A stretch of 64,000 nt of DNA from Chiloscyllium plagiosum (GCF_004010195.1 NC_057756.1:3628785-3692784), one strand, 5' to 3'. Numbered from the stretch's first letter, positions 37,290 to 50,628 are shown. Notes: generated by a model from the sequence alone, not told the origin. Made by a program: numbers and translations.

Positions 37290-40110
37290 TGTTGCGGCAG
37301 CTGACTCAGTAGGAGAAGGCAGCGGTAGCCAAATGCATGGCATTGTGGCTGGCTCTGCTGTTGAGAGGGACGAGAAAAATAATGCCAGAAATAAAGTCAT
37401 AGGAGATTCAACTATGTGGGGAGTGGATAGGCGGGTCAGTGGTCAAAAACGAGACTTCCAAATGATATGTCGCCTTTCAGGTGCACAGGTAAGGAATGTT
37501 ACAAATCGACTGGGAAAATTCTCAAAGGTGCCATTGAGCAGCCAGTTGTCATGGTGCGTATATGCCCCGATGATGTAGTTTTAAAAAAGAATAAGATCCT
37601 GCAAGAAGATTTCAGGGAGAAAGGATCCAAGTTAAAAAAGAAGGACATCAGAGGTAGTAATCTCAAGATTGATATTGGCGCCATATGCCAGTCAGATTGG
37701 GAATGACAAAATAATCAGGGAGAGATGGTGCAAGAGGGAGGAATACAGAATTTTGGAAAATTGGGATTGGTTCACGGGGGAGTGGGAATATTACAACTTT
37801 GGTGGTCTTCATGTGGGCTGCACTGGAACCAATGTCTTGGGAATGCTTTTGCTATTCTATTGGGGAGTTTTAAACTAATGGGGATGTAACCAAATAGAGG
37901 AGGTCAGAGGAAGGGAAGGAATTGGTAAATAAAGTCTGCAAGAAACTAGATAATGAAGTCAGCGTGATTAAGGGGAAAAGTAGGCAGGAAGCAAAGGATG
38001 AACACAGAGGGATTGGTGGTCTGAGGTGCATTTGCTTTACTCAGGAAGTACAGTAGGCCAGGCAGATGAAATTAGGGGGATGAGTACCTGCGAGTATGAT
38101 GTTGTTGTTAATACAGAGATGTGGTTGCGAGAAGGGCATGATTGGTAACTAATTATCCCAGGATTTATTTGCGTCATGCGGGATAGAGAAGTAGATAAAC
38201 GGGGTGGAGGAATTACATCACTGGTAAAAAAAAAAAACAGTTATTACAGTTGTGCTGACGGAGAACGCGATGGAAGACTGGATGAGTGACGCTATATGGT
38301 CAGAGAATTATGAGTATTAAAAGCGGTCATGAAATGTCTTTAGCAAAAAATGTTTAAGGAAAATCCCAAAGCTGTTTATTCATATATAAGAACCAAGATG
38401 GTATCTTGGGAAAGGTGGGTCAATCAAGGACATCGGAGGAAAGGTATGCACAGAGCCAGAGAAAATAGCAGAGATTCTTAATGAGTACTTTGCATCTGTA
38501 TTCCCTGACGAGATGGATATGACGAATAATAAGGATAAGGATAGATCTTTGATTACTCCAGGTCAAGTCCATATAAGGAGGGAGGAGGTGTTCAGTATTC
38601 TAAAAGGCCTTAAGGTGGACAATACGCAAGGTCCCCTTGGACCTATCCCAGGCTGATGAGGGAAGCAAGAGACAAAATAGCTGGGGCTTTAACAGCTATC
38701 TTTTCAGCATCCTTGACGACGGGGGACGTCTCAGATGACTGGAGAATTGCTCATGTTGTCCCCTTCTTTAAGAAGGATGACAGGGACAATACCGGTAATT
38801 ACAGAGCTATGACCACGACAGTAGGGAGGCTACTGGAGAAGATACTGTGGGACATGATATATTCCCATTTGGAAGAAAGTGGGCTTATTAGTGATATGCA
38901 GCCTGGTTTTATCCAGGGAAGATCATGTCTTACAAACCTAAGAAAAGGCTTTGAGAAGCTGACAAAGTTGATGGACTTTAGTAAGACGTTTGATAAGGTT
39001 CTCAATCGTCGACTGATGAATAAGATGTAGTTGCATGGAATCCAGGATATTCTAGCTAGATGGACAGAGAACTGGTTGGGCAACAGGAGATACAGCATTA
39101 GTGAAAGGGAGCTTCTCGAAATGGAGAACATTGAACATTTAGTGCCCAAAGGAATCCGTGCTGGGACGACTGTTGTTTGATATACATAAATTATTTGGAG
39201 GAAGGTGTAGGGTGTCCTGTTAGCTACTTTTCAGATGACAATAAGATTGGCGGAGTAGCAGATTGTGAAGGGGACTGTCAGAGAATACAGCAAAATGTAG
39301 ACAGATTTGAGAGTTGTGCAGAGAAATGGTAGAAGGAAATCAATTTGGACAAATAAGCAAAGGTGCATTTTGAACGATGCAATCCAAGACATAACTATAC
39401 AGTACATGCAAAAGTCTTGAGTACAATTGATGTTCTGGATGTTCAGGTCACTGAAGGTGGCAACGCAGGTCAGTAGAGTAGTCAGCAAGGCATACAGCAT
39501 GCTTTCCTTCATTTGGACGTTCATGTTACAGTTGTATAAGCGTTTGGTTCGGCCACATTTGGAATGCTACGTACAGTTCTGGTCGCCACATTACCAAAAG
39601 GATGTGGGTGGTTTGGAGAGGCTAGAGAGGAGGTTTACGAGGATTTTGCCTGGTATGTAGGGCGCTAGCTATGGAGAGAGACTGAATCATTTAGTACATT
39701 TTTTATTGGGGAAAGTAGGTGTTTGAGTGGGGACCTGATTGAGGACTACAAAATCATGACAGGTGGAGATAGGGTGGATAGCAAGAAACGTTTATTTTCC
39801 CAGAGTGGAGCACTCAATTACGCAGAATCACAAGTTAACGTGAGAGGGGAAAACGGTTGGTAGAGATATGCATGGAATGTTCTTCACACAGAGGATGGTG
39901 GATGCCTGGAATGCCTTGCCAGCAGAGGTTTTAGGGGCGGGATCGGTAATGTAATTTACGATCTCTCCTGACAGATATATGAAAGGGTGAGGAGCAAAGG
40001 GTTACTGATCCTTAGAAATTAGGTGGCATGTTCAGATATATGGTCTGGATCAGAGCAGTCTTGGAGGACTGAATGGCCTGTTTCTGTGCTGTAATCATCT
40101 TTGTTCTTCG
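37290..40110 (+). mobile_element. Degenerate CR1 LINE (ORF1 esterase, endonuclease start, internal deletion, RT, 3' UTR)
   Basis: VIGDSTM; GGLHVG; TEMWLREG; DFSKTFDKV; RPHLECYVQFWSP. Confidence 0.9.
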
Positions 40111-41114
40111 TGTGTCGATCCTTGAGCAGGTATTCTATAATTCTTAGTGAGATGGTCAAACCGGAACATTTTGTTTACTTTTGCGAATTCAGATACTTAT
40201 ATTCCTTTAAAATTTGTTACTTCTTGAGAACTGCACATTACATTAGTTTGACCCTGCTGCCAGAATTCGTAAGTAACTGCCTTGAAAAGTTGAATATCTG
40301 CACTTTAAAGCTGTTCATATAAGAACCTAAATATATTTTAACGTATATAAATATTCCGAAATTATTGCGTAGGAATCAGTAATGAAGGGACCCATGATGT
40401 ATTTTAGATATCAACTTTATTGGTTTAAGTACAAAGTGGATTCGCAGATCAGACATTTGTTAACAAAGTTATAGCATTCATGTTTTATCATTTCGTTTTA
40501 TTGTTGATACTGACAGATTTAAAAAGGAATGTAGACTTTTTAAATAAAAATGAAACAGTAAGAAAGAAGATGCAGCAGGTCAGCAAAATTAGGAAATAAT
40601 TCAAAACAGCTTTTGAATTACTCGAAAATTCGAAAAACGCCTAGGGTGGGATAGCATTCAGACTTTGCAGCTTTCACCATACTGGGCCAGGCGAATTCAG
40701 GAATGAAAACAGCTCTTTTTTTTTTTAAAGATGATAAGCTTTCTAAACTTAGTCAATAGGATATAGAAAGTTGGATATGCCAAACTGATCGAAATTTAGA
40801 ACCTGTGTACTTGTCGTTTCTTTTTGTCTTTAATAACTGTAAATGATATCCATGCCGCTTCGCAAATTGATAGATGAATGTAGTGCCCAAATTCATGGAG
40901 ATTTATACCTGGATGAACAGACATCATAAATAGATTAAAACACGATAAGTTGACAATGGCCCCATCAGGTTAAGCTGAAATGATCGGAGGTCAGACAAAT
41001 AATATGTTTTATGACAAAATAAAAAAAAAAACATTCAGGTCTCGCTACAGTCAGATGGAGTGCTCCTTTAGACCACCATGACAAAATCGTTGGATAAGTG
41101 AAAGAATTTGGAAA

Positions 41115-42095
41115 AATCATAGAGTCATGGAAACAAACAGCTCGAAACAGCTATCAGGTCCAACCTGTCAATATGAACCATATATCCTAAATAAATCTCG
41201 TCCCATTTATTAACAGTTAGCACACTTTCCACTAAATCGTTCCTATTCATATATCAATCCGATACTTTCTAAATGTTGTAGTTGTAACAGCCACTTGCAC
41301 TACCTCTGGTTTTTCATTCCATGCAGTCAACACCTTCTGAGCGAAAAGGTTGCCATTTAGGTCCGATGTAAATTTTTTGTCTCTCACCTTAAACCTATGG
41401 CCGCTAGTTTTAGGCTCTGCCAACCTGTGGCAAAATATATTCTCTATTTACAGCATCCATGCCCCTCATGATTTTATCATTTTCTATAAGGCCACCCCGC
41501 AGCGCTGGACGCTCCAGGGAAAATAGCCAGAGTCTATTCAGCCTCCCATTCTTTATCAAAACCTCTAATCCTAGGAACATCTTTGTAAACCTGTTCTGAA
41601 ACCCTTCAAGTTTCACAACAACCTTCTAAAACAGGGAGACCAGAATTGCACGCAGTATTCCAAAAAGGGCCGAACTAATGTTATGTGGAGCCACAACATG
41701 ACCTCCCAATTTCTATACGCAATGATCTTACCAATAAAGGAAAACATAACACACATCTCCTTCATTGTACTACCTACGTCTCCTCTATTTAAGTGCGTTT
41801 CCACTTTAAAGGGATGATGAACTTGTAGTGCAAGCTATCTTTCAACAACACTCCCCAAGACCTTACAGTTAATTGTATACATCCTGCCCTGATTTATCTT
41901 CACAGTATGCAACAAGTTGAAATGATCTAAGATGAAAGGCATAAGTCACATCTCGGCCCATTGGCCAATCTGATCAGAATCCCGTTACAATTAGAGGTAA
42001 GTTTTTTTGCAGTCCAGCAAACATCCAAATTTAGGGTTATCTGCAAACTTACTAAAGATCATTCCTCTGTTCACATCCAAATCATTTATGTGCCT
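41115..42095 (-). mobile_element. CR1 3' half (INDLD/FADD region to 3' tail)
   Basis: Minus ORFs HINDLDVNRGMIFSKFADNPK and LVRPFLEYCVQFWSP. Confidence 0.9.
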
Positions 42096-44497
42096 TATGC
42101 GTTGGAAGTGAACTGCATAAGAAAAACGGATTGCACGTGAATGAGAGGCGGAGTAATATATTGGCAGGGACATTTGCAAGAGATGCTCTGGAGCATTTAA
42201 ACTGGTAAGGGGGTGAGCGAGTGAGATGTTGCAAGGGAAACGCAGGGAAATAGAGAGGAAAAGCTTCAATCTGTGGTTTGGTTCAATTAGGAAACAGTAA
42301 TCAGTCCAACAGAGAGGGAATGCTAAAAAAGTGTGGACAAGGATTTAAGTCTAATATTTTCAACAGCATTTATATCAATGTAAGAGATCTAATAGGTAAG
42401 GTAGATTGACTTATGGCATAGTAAGAAATATGGGACTGTGATCTCACAGCGATCACGGAGACATGGCTCAAGTATGGACAGGACTGGCAGCTGATTCAAG
42501 GGCATAGATACTTGCTGAAGGACTCAAAAGAGGAGGGAGAATGACCTTTCAGTACGGATAACATTAATGTTGTGTTTAGAAATGATATTCCTGGGAAAAT
42601 GTCCAGGGGAGATACTTGAGTGGAAATAAGAAATAAGAAAGGGATGATCAACTTATTGGAATTGTACTATAAAACTCCCCAATTTTCTGTAGGAAATAGC
42701 AAAGCAAATTTGTAAGGAGACATCAGTTACCTGTAAGAACAATATAGTTATATTATTGGGATTTGACTTTACAAACATAGACTGAGACAGTCATCATGTC
42801 AAGTTCGTGAATGCAAAGGAATTTATGTGTGGACACAAAGACTTTCTTTATCAGTATTTGGGTTCATCAATTGGAAAAGGTGCAATACTTGAACTGCTTT
42901 GTGATACATGACAAGATAGGTGACTGAAGCTTCAGTGGGGCAGCACTTTGGGACAATGACCACAATTCTATGGTTTAAAAAGAGTAATGAAAAAAGGACA
43001 GACAGGACGTTAGACTTTCTTTTCCAAATTGGAGAAAGTCAAGTTAAACGGTATTAAGCAAAAACCTCCAAAAGTTTAATTGCAGCAGATGTTTACAGGT
43101 AAAATGAAGGGTAGAAAATGGGAAGCCGTCAATAAATGGATAGTGGGAGTCCAGGAACCGTATGTTACTCTTCGGCTGAATTGCAAGATTGGAAGTTGCA
43201 GGGAATGTTGGATGATGAATGAAATTGACGTTCTAGTCAAGCATAACAAGGAAGCACATGTCAGGCATAGACAGCAGAAATCGAGTGATTCCCTGGAGGA
43301 ATATAAAGGCATTACGAATTTACTTAAGAGGGAAATCAGGAGGGTAAAAACGAGACATGAGATGGCTTTGGTAAATGGAGTTATGGAGAATCCAAAGGGA
43401 TTCTGTAAATATATTAAAAACTACAGAGGAACCAGGAAGTGAAAATGGCTGCTGAATGATCAGCAAAGCCACCTACTTATGGAACCGCAGGAAATGGGAA
43501 AGATACTAAACAATGATTTTGCATCAGTGTTTACCGTCGAGAACGATATAGAAGATAAGGAATGTTGGGCAATATATAGTGACCTCTTAAGAAATGTACA
43601 TATTGGGAATAGCTGTCTGTCTTAAAACGCGTCAAGATGGACAAATACCCGGGACCTGATCAGCTTTCTCCTACAACTCTATGGAATCTAGGGAAGTGAT
43701 TGTATATTAAAAACTACAGAGGAACCAGGAAGTGAAAATGGCTGCTGAATGATCAGCAAAGCCGCCTACTTATGGAACCGCAGAAAATGGGAAATATACT
43801 AAACAATGATTTTGCATCAGTGTTTACCGTCGAGAACGATATGGAAGATAAGGAATGTTGGGCAATATATAGTGACCTCTTAAGAAATGTACATATTGGG
43901 AATAGCTGTCTGTCTTAAAACGCGTCAAGATGGACAAATACCCGGGACCTGATCAGCTTTCTCCTACAACTCTATGGAATCTAGGGAAGTGATTGCTGGG
44001 CCCAAGTCTGAGATATTTCTGTTATCGATCGCCAGAGGTGAGTTGCTAAAGACAGGAGATGTATTAACACACGTATTGAAGAAAGGCATTATGGAAAAGC
44101 CAGTGAACAATAGTCTGGTAAGCCTTGCGGTCAAGTTCTTCGAGAGAATCCTGAGGAATAAAACTGCATGCAGTTGGAAAGGCGAGGACTGATTAGGGAT
44201 CTTCAACTAGGCTTCATGCGTGGGAAATCATGATCTCGAACTTGATTTAGTTTCCTTTTGAAGAAGTAACAAAGAGGAATGCGATCTAAATGGGATTCAA
44301 TCAGGCATTCGACAAGCTTCCTCCTGGTTAGCAAGATTTGATCACATGGAATAGAGGAAGAACGAACTTCTTGGATACTGAGTTATCTCGAAAATAGAAG
44401 AAAAAGGGTGGTGATGGAGTGTTCTCTTTCAAATTCGAGGACTGTGTCCAGCGTGTTCCACAAGGATTGATCTTGGGTCCATTCCTTAATTTTGTAA
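42096..44497 (+). mobile_element. CR1 5' half (ORF1 end, endonuclease, RT up to PQG), inverted relative to 41115-42095
   Basis: aacggattgcacgtgaat (DGLHLN-like); atcacggagacatgg (ITETW); ends cacaaggattgatcttgggtcca (PQGxxLGP). Confidence 0.85.
43410..43995 (+). repeat. 293-bp direct tandem duplication inside CR1
   Basis: 43410-43702 versus 43703-43995; I counted 4 substitutions. Confidence 0.95.
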
Positions 44498-45038
44498 CGG
44501 GATGATATTATTAGCGCAGTTACATCATTATCTAAGCTGTGTCTTAAAGGTAGTAGGATTTCTTCATCTGTAATGTGATTTAATGCTGATTTAATTAAGA
44601 AAACAAGCGTCGCAACAATGATTTGTCTGCAGAGATGGCCCGTACGCCCACATAGATCCAAGAAGTGATATATCATCTCTTATTTTCTTCAAATGTAGAC
44701 AACATGGATTTCTCATCAATATGCAAGGATTCTTCCCTTGTTCCCAAAAATGTATTGCATTTTGCTTCTACGGTGCACATGTGTTAATCACAGTGGGATG
44801 TAATCACTTCATCAGTCTTTGACTTTCTATTTATATTTCAATGTAAATGATATATTCATTTTCACAGGATCCTGAGTTACTTTTTCTTTCGTTTCCAGAA
44901 TATATTCAGACATTATGTGGACTTTTCCGTTGATAAAAGAAAAGTAAATTAAACTCGTTACCTTTAATTTATCGGATAGCCATCTCCACTATCCAAAAAA
45001 AAATATTATGTTTAATATTATGGCATGTATGTTATCAG

Positions 45039-45065
45039 AGAACTTTACTGAACAGTTTCTCTCAG
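45039..45065 (+). CDS. 27-nt microexon candidate (phase 1: ENFTEQFLS)
   Basis: gttatcag|AGAACTTTACTGAACAGTTTCTCTCAG|gtattt; weak acceptor. Confidence 0.25.
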
Positions 45066-45475
45066 GTATTTGTCTAAATTTTATCATTAATTGCCGAGTA
45101 CAGATTTAATGACGTTCTAAAGTTACTGCTACGGAAAGCTTCTGTTATCCCAGATCATTTCCTTCATTGCTCTGCATTTCTTTTTGTTTGTTAATATTAA
45201 ATAACTGGTTCGCTTTTAGATGATTTATTTTTATGTCCGTTTAGAATTATGCAAAAAATATCTGGATGTAATACACTTTCTTTTCTCTCTTACAAATTTA
45301 GACATTATCACTTGAGCTTTTCTGAGTGTAAATTGCACCAAATATGTGATATGTCAATACTTTAGCAAAGTTGAAGCTGTTAAATGTTTTGCATGGAAGT
45401 GGAGTATATGGGTTGTGCTGTGCTAATTTAAACTGAACAGATGAATTAAACTGTATTTACGTTTTGACCCCACAG

Positions 45476-45496
45476 AAGTTGCATTGTATCATCAAG
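45476..45496 (+). CDS. 21-nt heptad microexon candidate (phase 1: EVALYHQ)
   Basis: gttttgaccccacag|AAGTTGCATTGTATCATCAAG|gtacga. Confidence 0.5.
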
Positions 45497-48009
45497 GTAC
45501 GAGAGACAAATTATTTTGTGATTTAGTGAACGTAGAGGTTTGTTGCTCAACAGAGTTGAAATACATTACACAACGTCTCAAGTAGAGGGGAAACTAAAAG
45601 CTTTATCTCAACTGTTCCTCAAATAAATTAATACATGCAAACAATTAGTGAAGACTGTTGATATGACGAATACCATATAAATGATAATTGTAATTTAACA
45701 TGTGCTGTCTTGTTGTTTCATTCAGATTTTGTTGGAGATTGTTTTTATGCTTGCGTTGGAAAGATACAGTAATTGACATGGAAAAAATAAACACACACAC
45801 ACTTCAACAAAATAGCATGACCGATTGGACTACATTCAAACTTGCACTACATTGTTTAACACAACGAGAAATGAAGATCATTTGTTTCCAAATTTTCAAG
45901 CAATCCTGAATATGATAGCGAGCTTCTCATTGTTACTTTTGCTTCTACGGTACGTGCATAAGAACACATACATGTATTTTAAACTTTCACTTAATGCTTA
46001 TTGGAATAATATCAGGTACTACCAAGTAGCAAGTGCATTGTTTATGAATTTTTTTATAAATCTACACCTGTACATAATTTGTCTCCGCAGAAACTGCCAG
46101 AACGTCTATCGTTTTTGAGAACGCTGTGATAACAGATGTTTATTGTTGTTTCATAATAGAAATCAGTTTCGGATAAAATGGATAACTGCTAATCTTTGGA
46201 CAGCGGAAAGAGTCTAAGATAGTTCACGACTTGCAATTTCTGCTTTCAAAATATTCCAACTGCTTCTCACTTGTACCCTTCATTAACACTGTGACCTCTT
46301 ATCATTGACAATGGGGCAATTGTGGACGCACTCCACCAGTGAGTTGTTCTTTTTACTACATGTTTTCATGACAGAATTGGCAGGAATCTCGTAGAACTTC
46401 TCTCGCACTTACATTCTTATTTCATTTTGTACTCAAATGTAACTCCCTTTTGACTCCACAAGTGTTAACATTTTATCTAGTTATATCTGACATGCACGTG
46501 TACTAAATTCGTTTAGCCTTTGCTTGATTGTGCGGTTTAATTGGAAAACATGGTTTTGATGCCATTGTAGGCTGCACAGGAGTTCACAGCATATTTATTC
46601 AATATCGCTTGTGGATGCAATCACAATTTACAGCATGTGTCAATCTGTCAGTTGTTTGAGCACCCTTACAACGGAAAATTCTAAGGTTGACATTATAAAA
46701 CTCATTCATATGAAGTACCAAATTCATGTATTCTTTATGGATTTCCAAAGCTTTTTTTAAGCATTACCCTTAATTTGCATCCTTTTCTTTGCCATATTCG
46801 TAACTAGTACATACTCATCAGGATGAATTTTAATGGAAACACCATTTTGATTTTGAAAATCGGATCATTAGGGTGGTTCTTTTCATAGATGATTCAGGAC
46901 ACATAATGTGTGAAATTTCGTACAGAATAGTAGTCCATATTTTCTAAACTTCTTAGCATTTCACTGTGCGGTTTCAGGATGAGGAAAGATAGTTGCTCAC
47001 GAACTTCCGAAGTAAACTCACAAAACAATTTGCTGCTCACAACGAGCTTTACTGCATTACTAAGCAACATATGCTTTGAACACGAAGCATTTTCCTTTCA
47101 TTCTGCATGCACGTTTTTAAAGGGCTTATTTGTTATAAAGGGAGTTAGTATGAATTTTGCGTTAACTATTCGTGCAGGGAAGGCAAAAAAAGTTTCTCCA
47201 CTTTATTTTTGGGAAAGTATTTAAATCAAGCTAAAAGAAAATCATAGACATCAGCAAGGAATGAGACAAAAGTTAGTTCAGTGTGGTGAACATATGCGCA
47301 GCAACGTTGGTTATATCATTGGAATATAAGATCTCTGTGTACTCAGAAGATAAGAAATGAAGTGTGTATTGCACATTGTGAGTTCCGGGAAAAAAAAATT
47401 ACAAATGAAGGCACACACGTCGCCTTCCTGTTTTTCTCATGGAAGGTTTTGTTTCTTGTGTAAAGAAGTTTGATCTGAACAACATGAGATATATCTGGAA
47501 CAAATGACGCGCGTGTGTTGGGAGTGGGCAGTGATCCAATGTTAATTGATCTATAATGCTGATTGATAATTTTCCGACAAATCTCAAGTTACATTTGTTG
47601 CGACTCACTGAGATATGAAACCTCAAAGGAAGGATAATATAATCGTGTCATTTGTGTATTTTGTCAATGCAGAAGTAGAAGAGAGAAGCAATTGTTCATC
47701 TGACGAATCATAGAAAAATCGATGTCCAAAATTCACTGATGGAATTAGTGCATCATTCATCGGGATGATGAAGATTCGTCTCCAACATACGTATTCATTT
47801 ATTCTCGTATTCTGACGACACTCTGGCTGTCAGAACGATGTTCTGTCTTTTTTTTCTGAAGTGAGGTTGATGCACAGAAAGTTTGTTGTCTGTCCCAAGC
47901 CAATAAAATAGAGTTGATTTATTTCCACAAGCTGGAAGAATACAATCAGCACCAATGTGTAGGGTCAAGCACCAACATAATCAGGATTTTACTTCTTTCT
48001 TTCAGTAGT

Positions 48010-48985
48010 TGGAGTCATAAAGTCATAGAGGTAGAAGCACGTAAATAGATCTTCCTGTACAACTCGTTAATGCTGACCATATACCGTAAAACAAATCTAG
48101 TCACATTTTCCAGCACTTGGCCCATACTTCTCTAAACCCTTCCTACTCATATACCTATCCAGGTTCGTTTCAACCGTTCTCATTGCAACGGTCTGGACGA
48201 CTTCTTCTGGCAGCTGGTTTGATATAAGCACCATCCTCTGCGTGAAAAAGGCGACCCTTTCATTCATTTTGAATGTTTCCCCTCTGATCTTAAATCTATA
48301 TCGTCTAGATATGCACCCCACCACACCAGGGAAAAGACACTGTGGTTTTAAATCATCCCTGCCCCTCATGATTTAATAAAAAATTATATGGTTTCCTCCT
48401 CCACCCAGCCTCTGACGCTCCAGTGAGAAATGTCCTAGCCTATTCAGATTCTGAATGTAGCTCAAACGCTCCAAACCTGATAACACCATTGTAATGATTT
48501 TGTGAAGTTTCACAACATGCTTGCGATAGTAGGTAGACCGGAGTTGCACACAGTATTCCAAAAGTGGCCTAACTAATGTCCTGTACAGCCACAACATGAC
48601 CTCCCAACTCCTACAGTTGATGTTCTGACCAAATATTGGAAGCATACCAAGCTCATTTCACCCTATCCTTTCTACCTGCTACTCCATTTTCAACATCATA
48701 AACCTGCATACAAAGGTCTGTTTGATCAACAACACTCGCCAGGACCTTCCAATTCAATGTGTAAATCCTGCCCTGAATTGCCTTTACAAACGCTGCAACT
48801 CGTATGTATCTAAATTAAACTCCATCTTCTATACGTCGGCACATTAGCCCAACTGATTAAGATCCCACAGTAATCTGAGGTAGCCTTTTTCGTTGTCCAT
48901 TGCACCTGGAATTTTGGAACCATCTGAAAACATACAAAATATGCCTCCTATCTTCACATCCTCAACATAAATATAAATGATGAAA
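48010..48985 (-). mobile_element. CR1 3' fragment
   Basis: Minus ORFs LYRTLVRPLLEYCVQ and FFTQRMV..NQLPEEVV; tail agtcataaagtcatagag. Confidence 0.9.
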
Positions 48986-49924
48986 TCCTGCTGTGACTTT
49001 GAAGCTGCATGTGAAATTTGCTATTCTTCTCTCATGTTTGAGTTTTCTTTCTGTAGCTAGAATTGTACGTGATGCAATCTATCTTCCAGATTTTATTAAG
49101 GTGTTATTAAGGAATGTTGCTAGATTGGAGCATTTTATACTTGATAGTTAAATAATCTATCATTCTGCTACTTTTTAGAATACGGCAACGTTATTCCAAT
49201 GCGTTTTGTTTTGGAGTTTTAAACGTTGTGTAACAATGCACAGCAATTTACTTTTAAACGTTTTTCTTTTCATCATTCGCTTGCATACAGTATATGATGC
49301 ATTACATGTGCCTTTAAATAAGGTGATGTCAATGTAGTATTCTTAATATAATTTGAGTCGGTTTGTTCTGGTCCATTACAAATTGGCAGCCTCTCCATTG
49401 GGAAAATCTCAAATTTCTGTTTGAATTTATAATAATTGAACTTGATGACGACAAGTGGTAATTGTTGGTGTTTTCTTGTCAAGTCCAATCCGTTCAATTA
49501 AATAGGATGTGCCTTTTGAAGTAACGGCTCTTTCATTGACTCAGAGGATTCTGGGTTTTGACGACCTATGAAGCTTTACAGAAAGCAAGCAAGCCAAACG
49601 TTTGGAAGTGGCACAGAAATTGAATTTGGCGCTGCCGTTGCCTGATAACAGAAATGGATATAATCGCAGGCCAGCTCTACTTTAACCATTGCCATAAATG
49701 TCATCAGAATCTTTGAAAATGACTAAAATTAATGTTTGAACAGCAGGCAGGGGAAATATTAGAAATAGAAATGAAATGACAAAGTTTGATTTCTGACTGA
49801 TAGCTGAGGAAGAAGAAAAGGACAACAACACCTAGCAGGAAATAAAAATACATAAGGAGAACAATTACTGAACTGCGGAGATTAGAACTGAAAATGCAAA
49901 CTCGACTTAAAATTGGGGATCAAA

Positions 49925-50455
49925 GTTTGCATAAAGATTTGTAGTTCGTGTGCCAGTTGCCGTAGTTATGAGAATGTTTGCCGAACTGGGAAGTTGATCT
50001 GCAGATGTTTTATTCTGTTCCTAGATGACATATTTAGTGCAATAAAGCATCCTGGTAAAAGCTGCTACACTGTGTCATCTGGAAATTATTTGGTTCCATT
50101 ACTGCTGCTAGTGGTTACCATTACTTATTGTTCTATGTTGAAGATCTATGTGTTTGTTGATGGGGTCTGTGTGTGAGCGCCATGCTTCGAGAAATTCTCT
50201 GACTGTCCTCAATTTTGCTCGATAAAAGATCATACTGCAGTCCCAGTCGAAGTTGTGTTTCTTGTCAGCTGTGAACATGGATAACAGCAACATCTTGTTC
50301 GTGGCGATTTATGGCTCGTTGATGTTGATGAATGTGGATTGCTAGTTGTCTGACAGTTGCAGAAGACACAGTGTGGCAGTGCTTCACAGCAGGTACCAAA
50401 GCACTGAAGACGTCACCTGGACAGGAAACGAAATGCTTGCAAATCAACTTACCAA
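49925..50455 (-). mobile_element. Penelope-like element fragment: GIY-YIG endonuclease C-terminus flanked by inverted repeats
   Basis: RQLAIHIHQHQRAINRH and HNFDWD..REFLEAWRS..INKHIDL; 49990-50040 is an inverted copy of 50401-50450. Confidence 0.9.
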
Positions 50456-50571
50456 AATAACTACAAGTACTTTAAAATAGGAATGATAGAGAAGAGTGAT
50501 GGCGTCAGGATGAACACAGTACCAGAGAGTAATCCTATTGTAGCCATTAGCCTGTTGGGGATCTGGTTACA

Positions 50572-50628
50572 TGTGTGTGCGTGCGTGTGTGTGTGCGTGT
50601 GTCCGCATGCATGTGTTTGTGTGCGCGT
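50572..50628. repeat. Imperfect (TG)n microsatellite
   Basis: Visible. Confidence 0.85.

Noticed and set aside
40731..40751. 21-nt DDKLSKL segment after a strong acceptor
   Set aside because: Poor donor (A|gtcaat), and read-through hits a stop; unsupported
49590..49645. Second TFGSGTEIEF J-like peptide
   Set aside because: No RSS and no GT donor after it; probably chance
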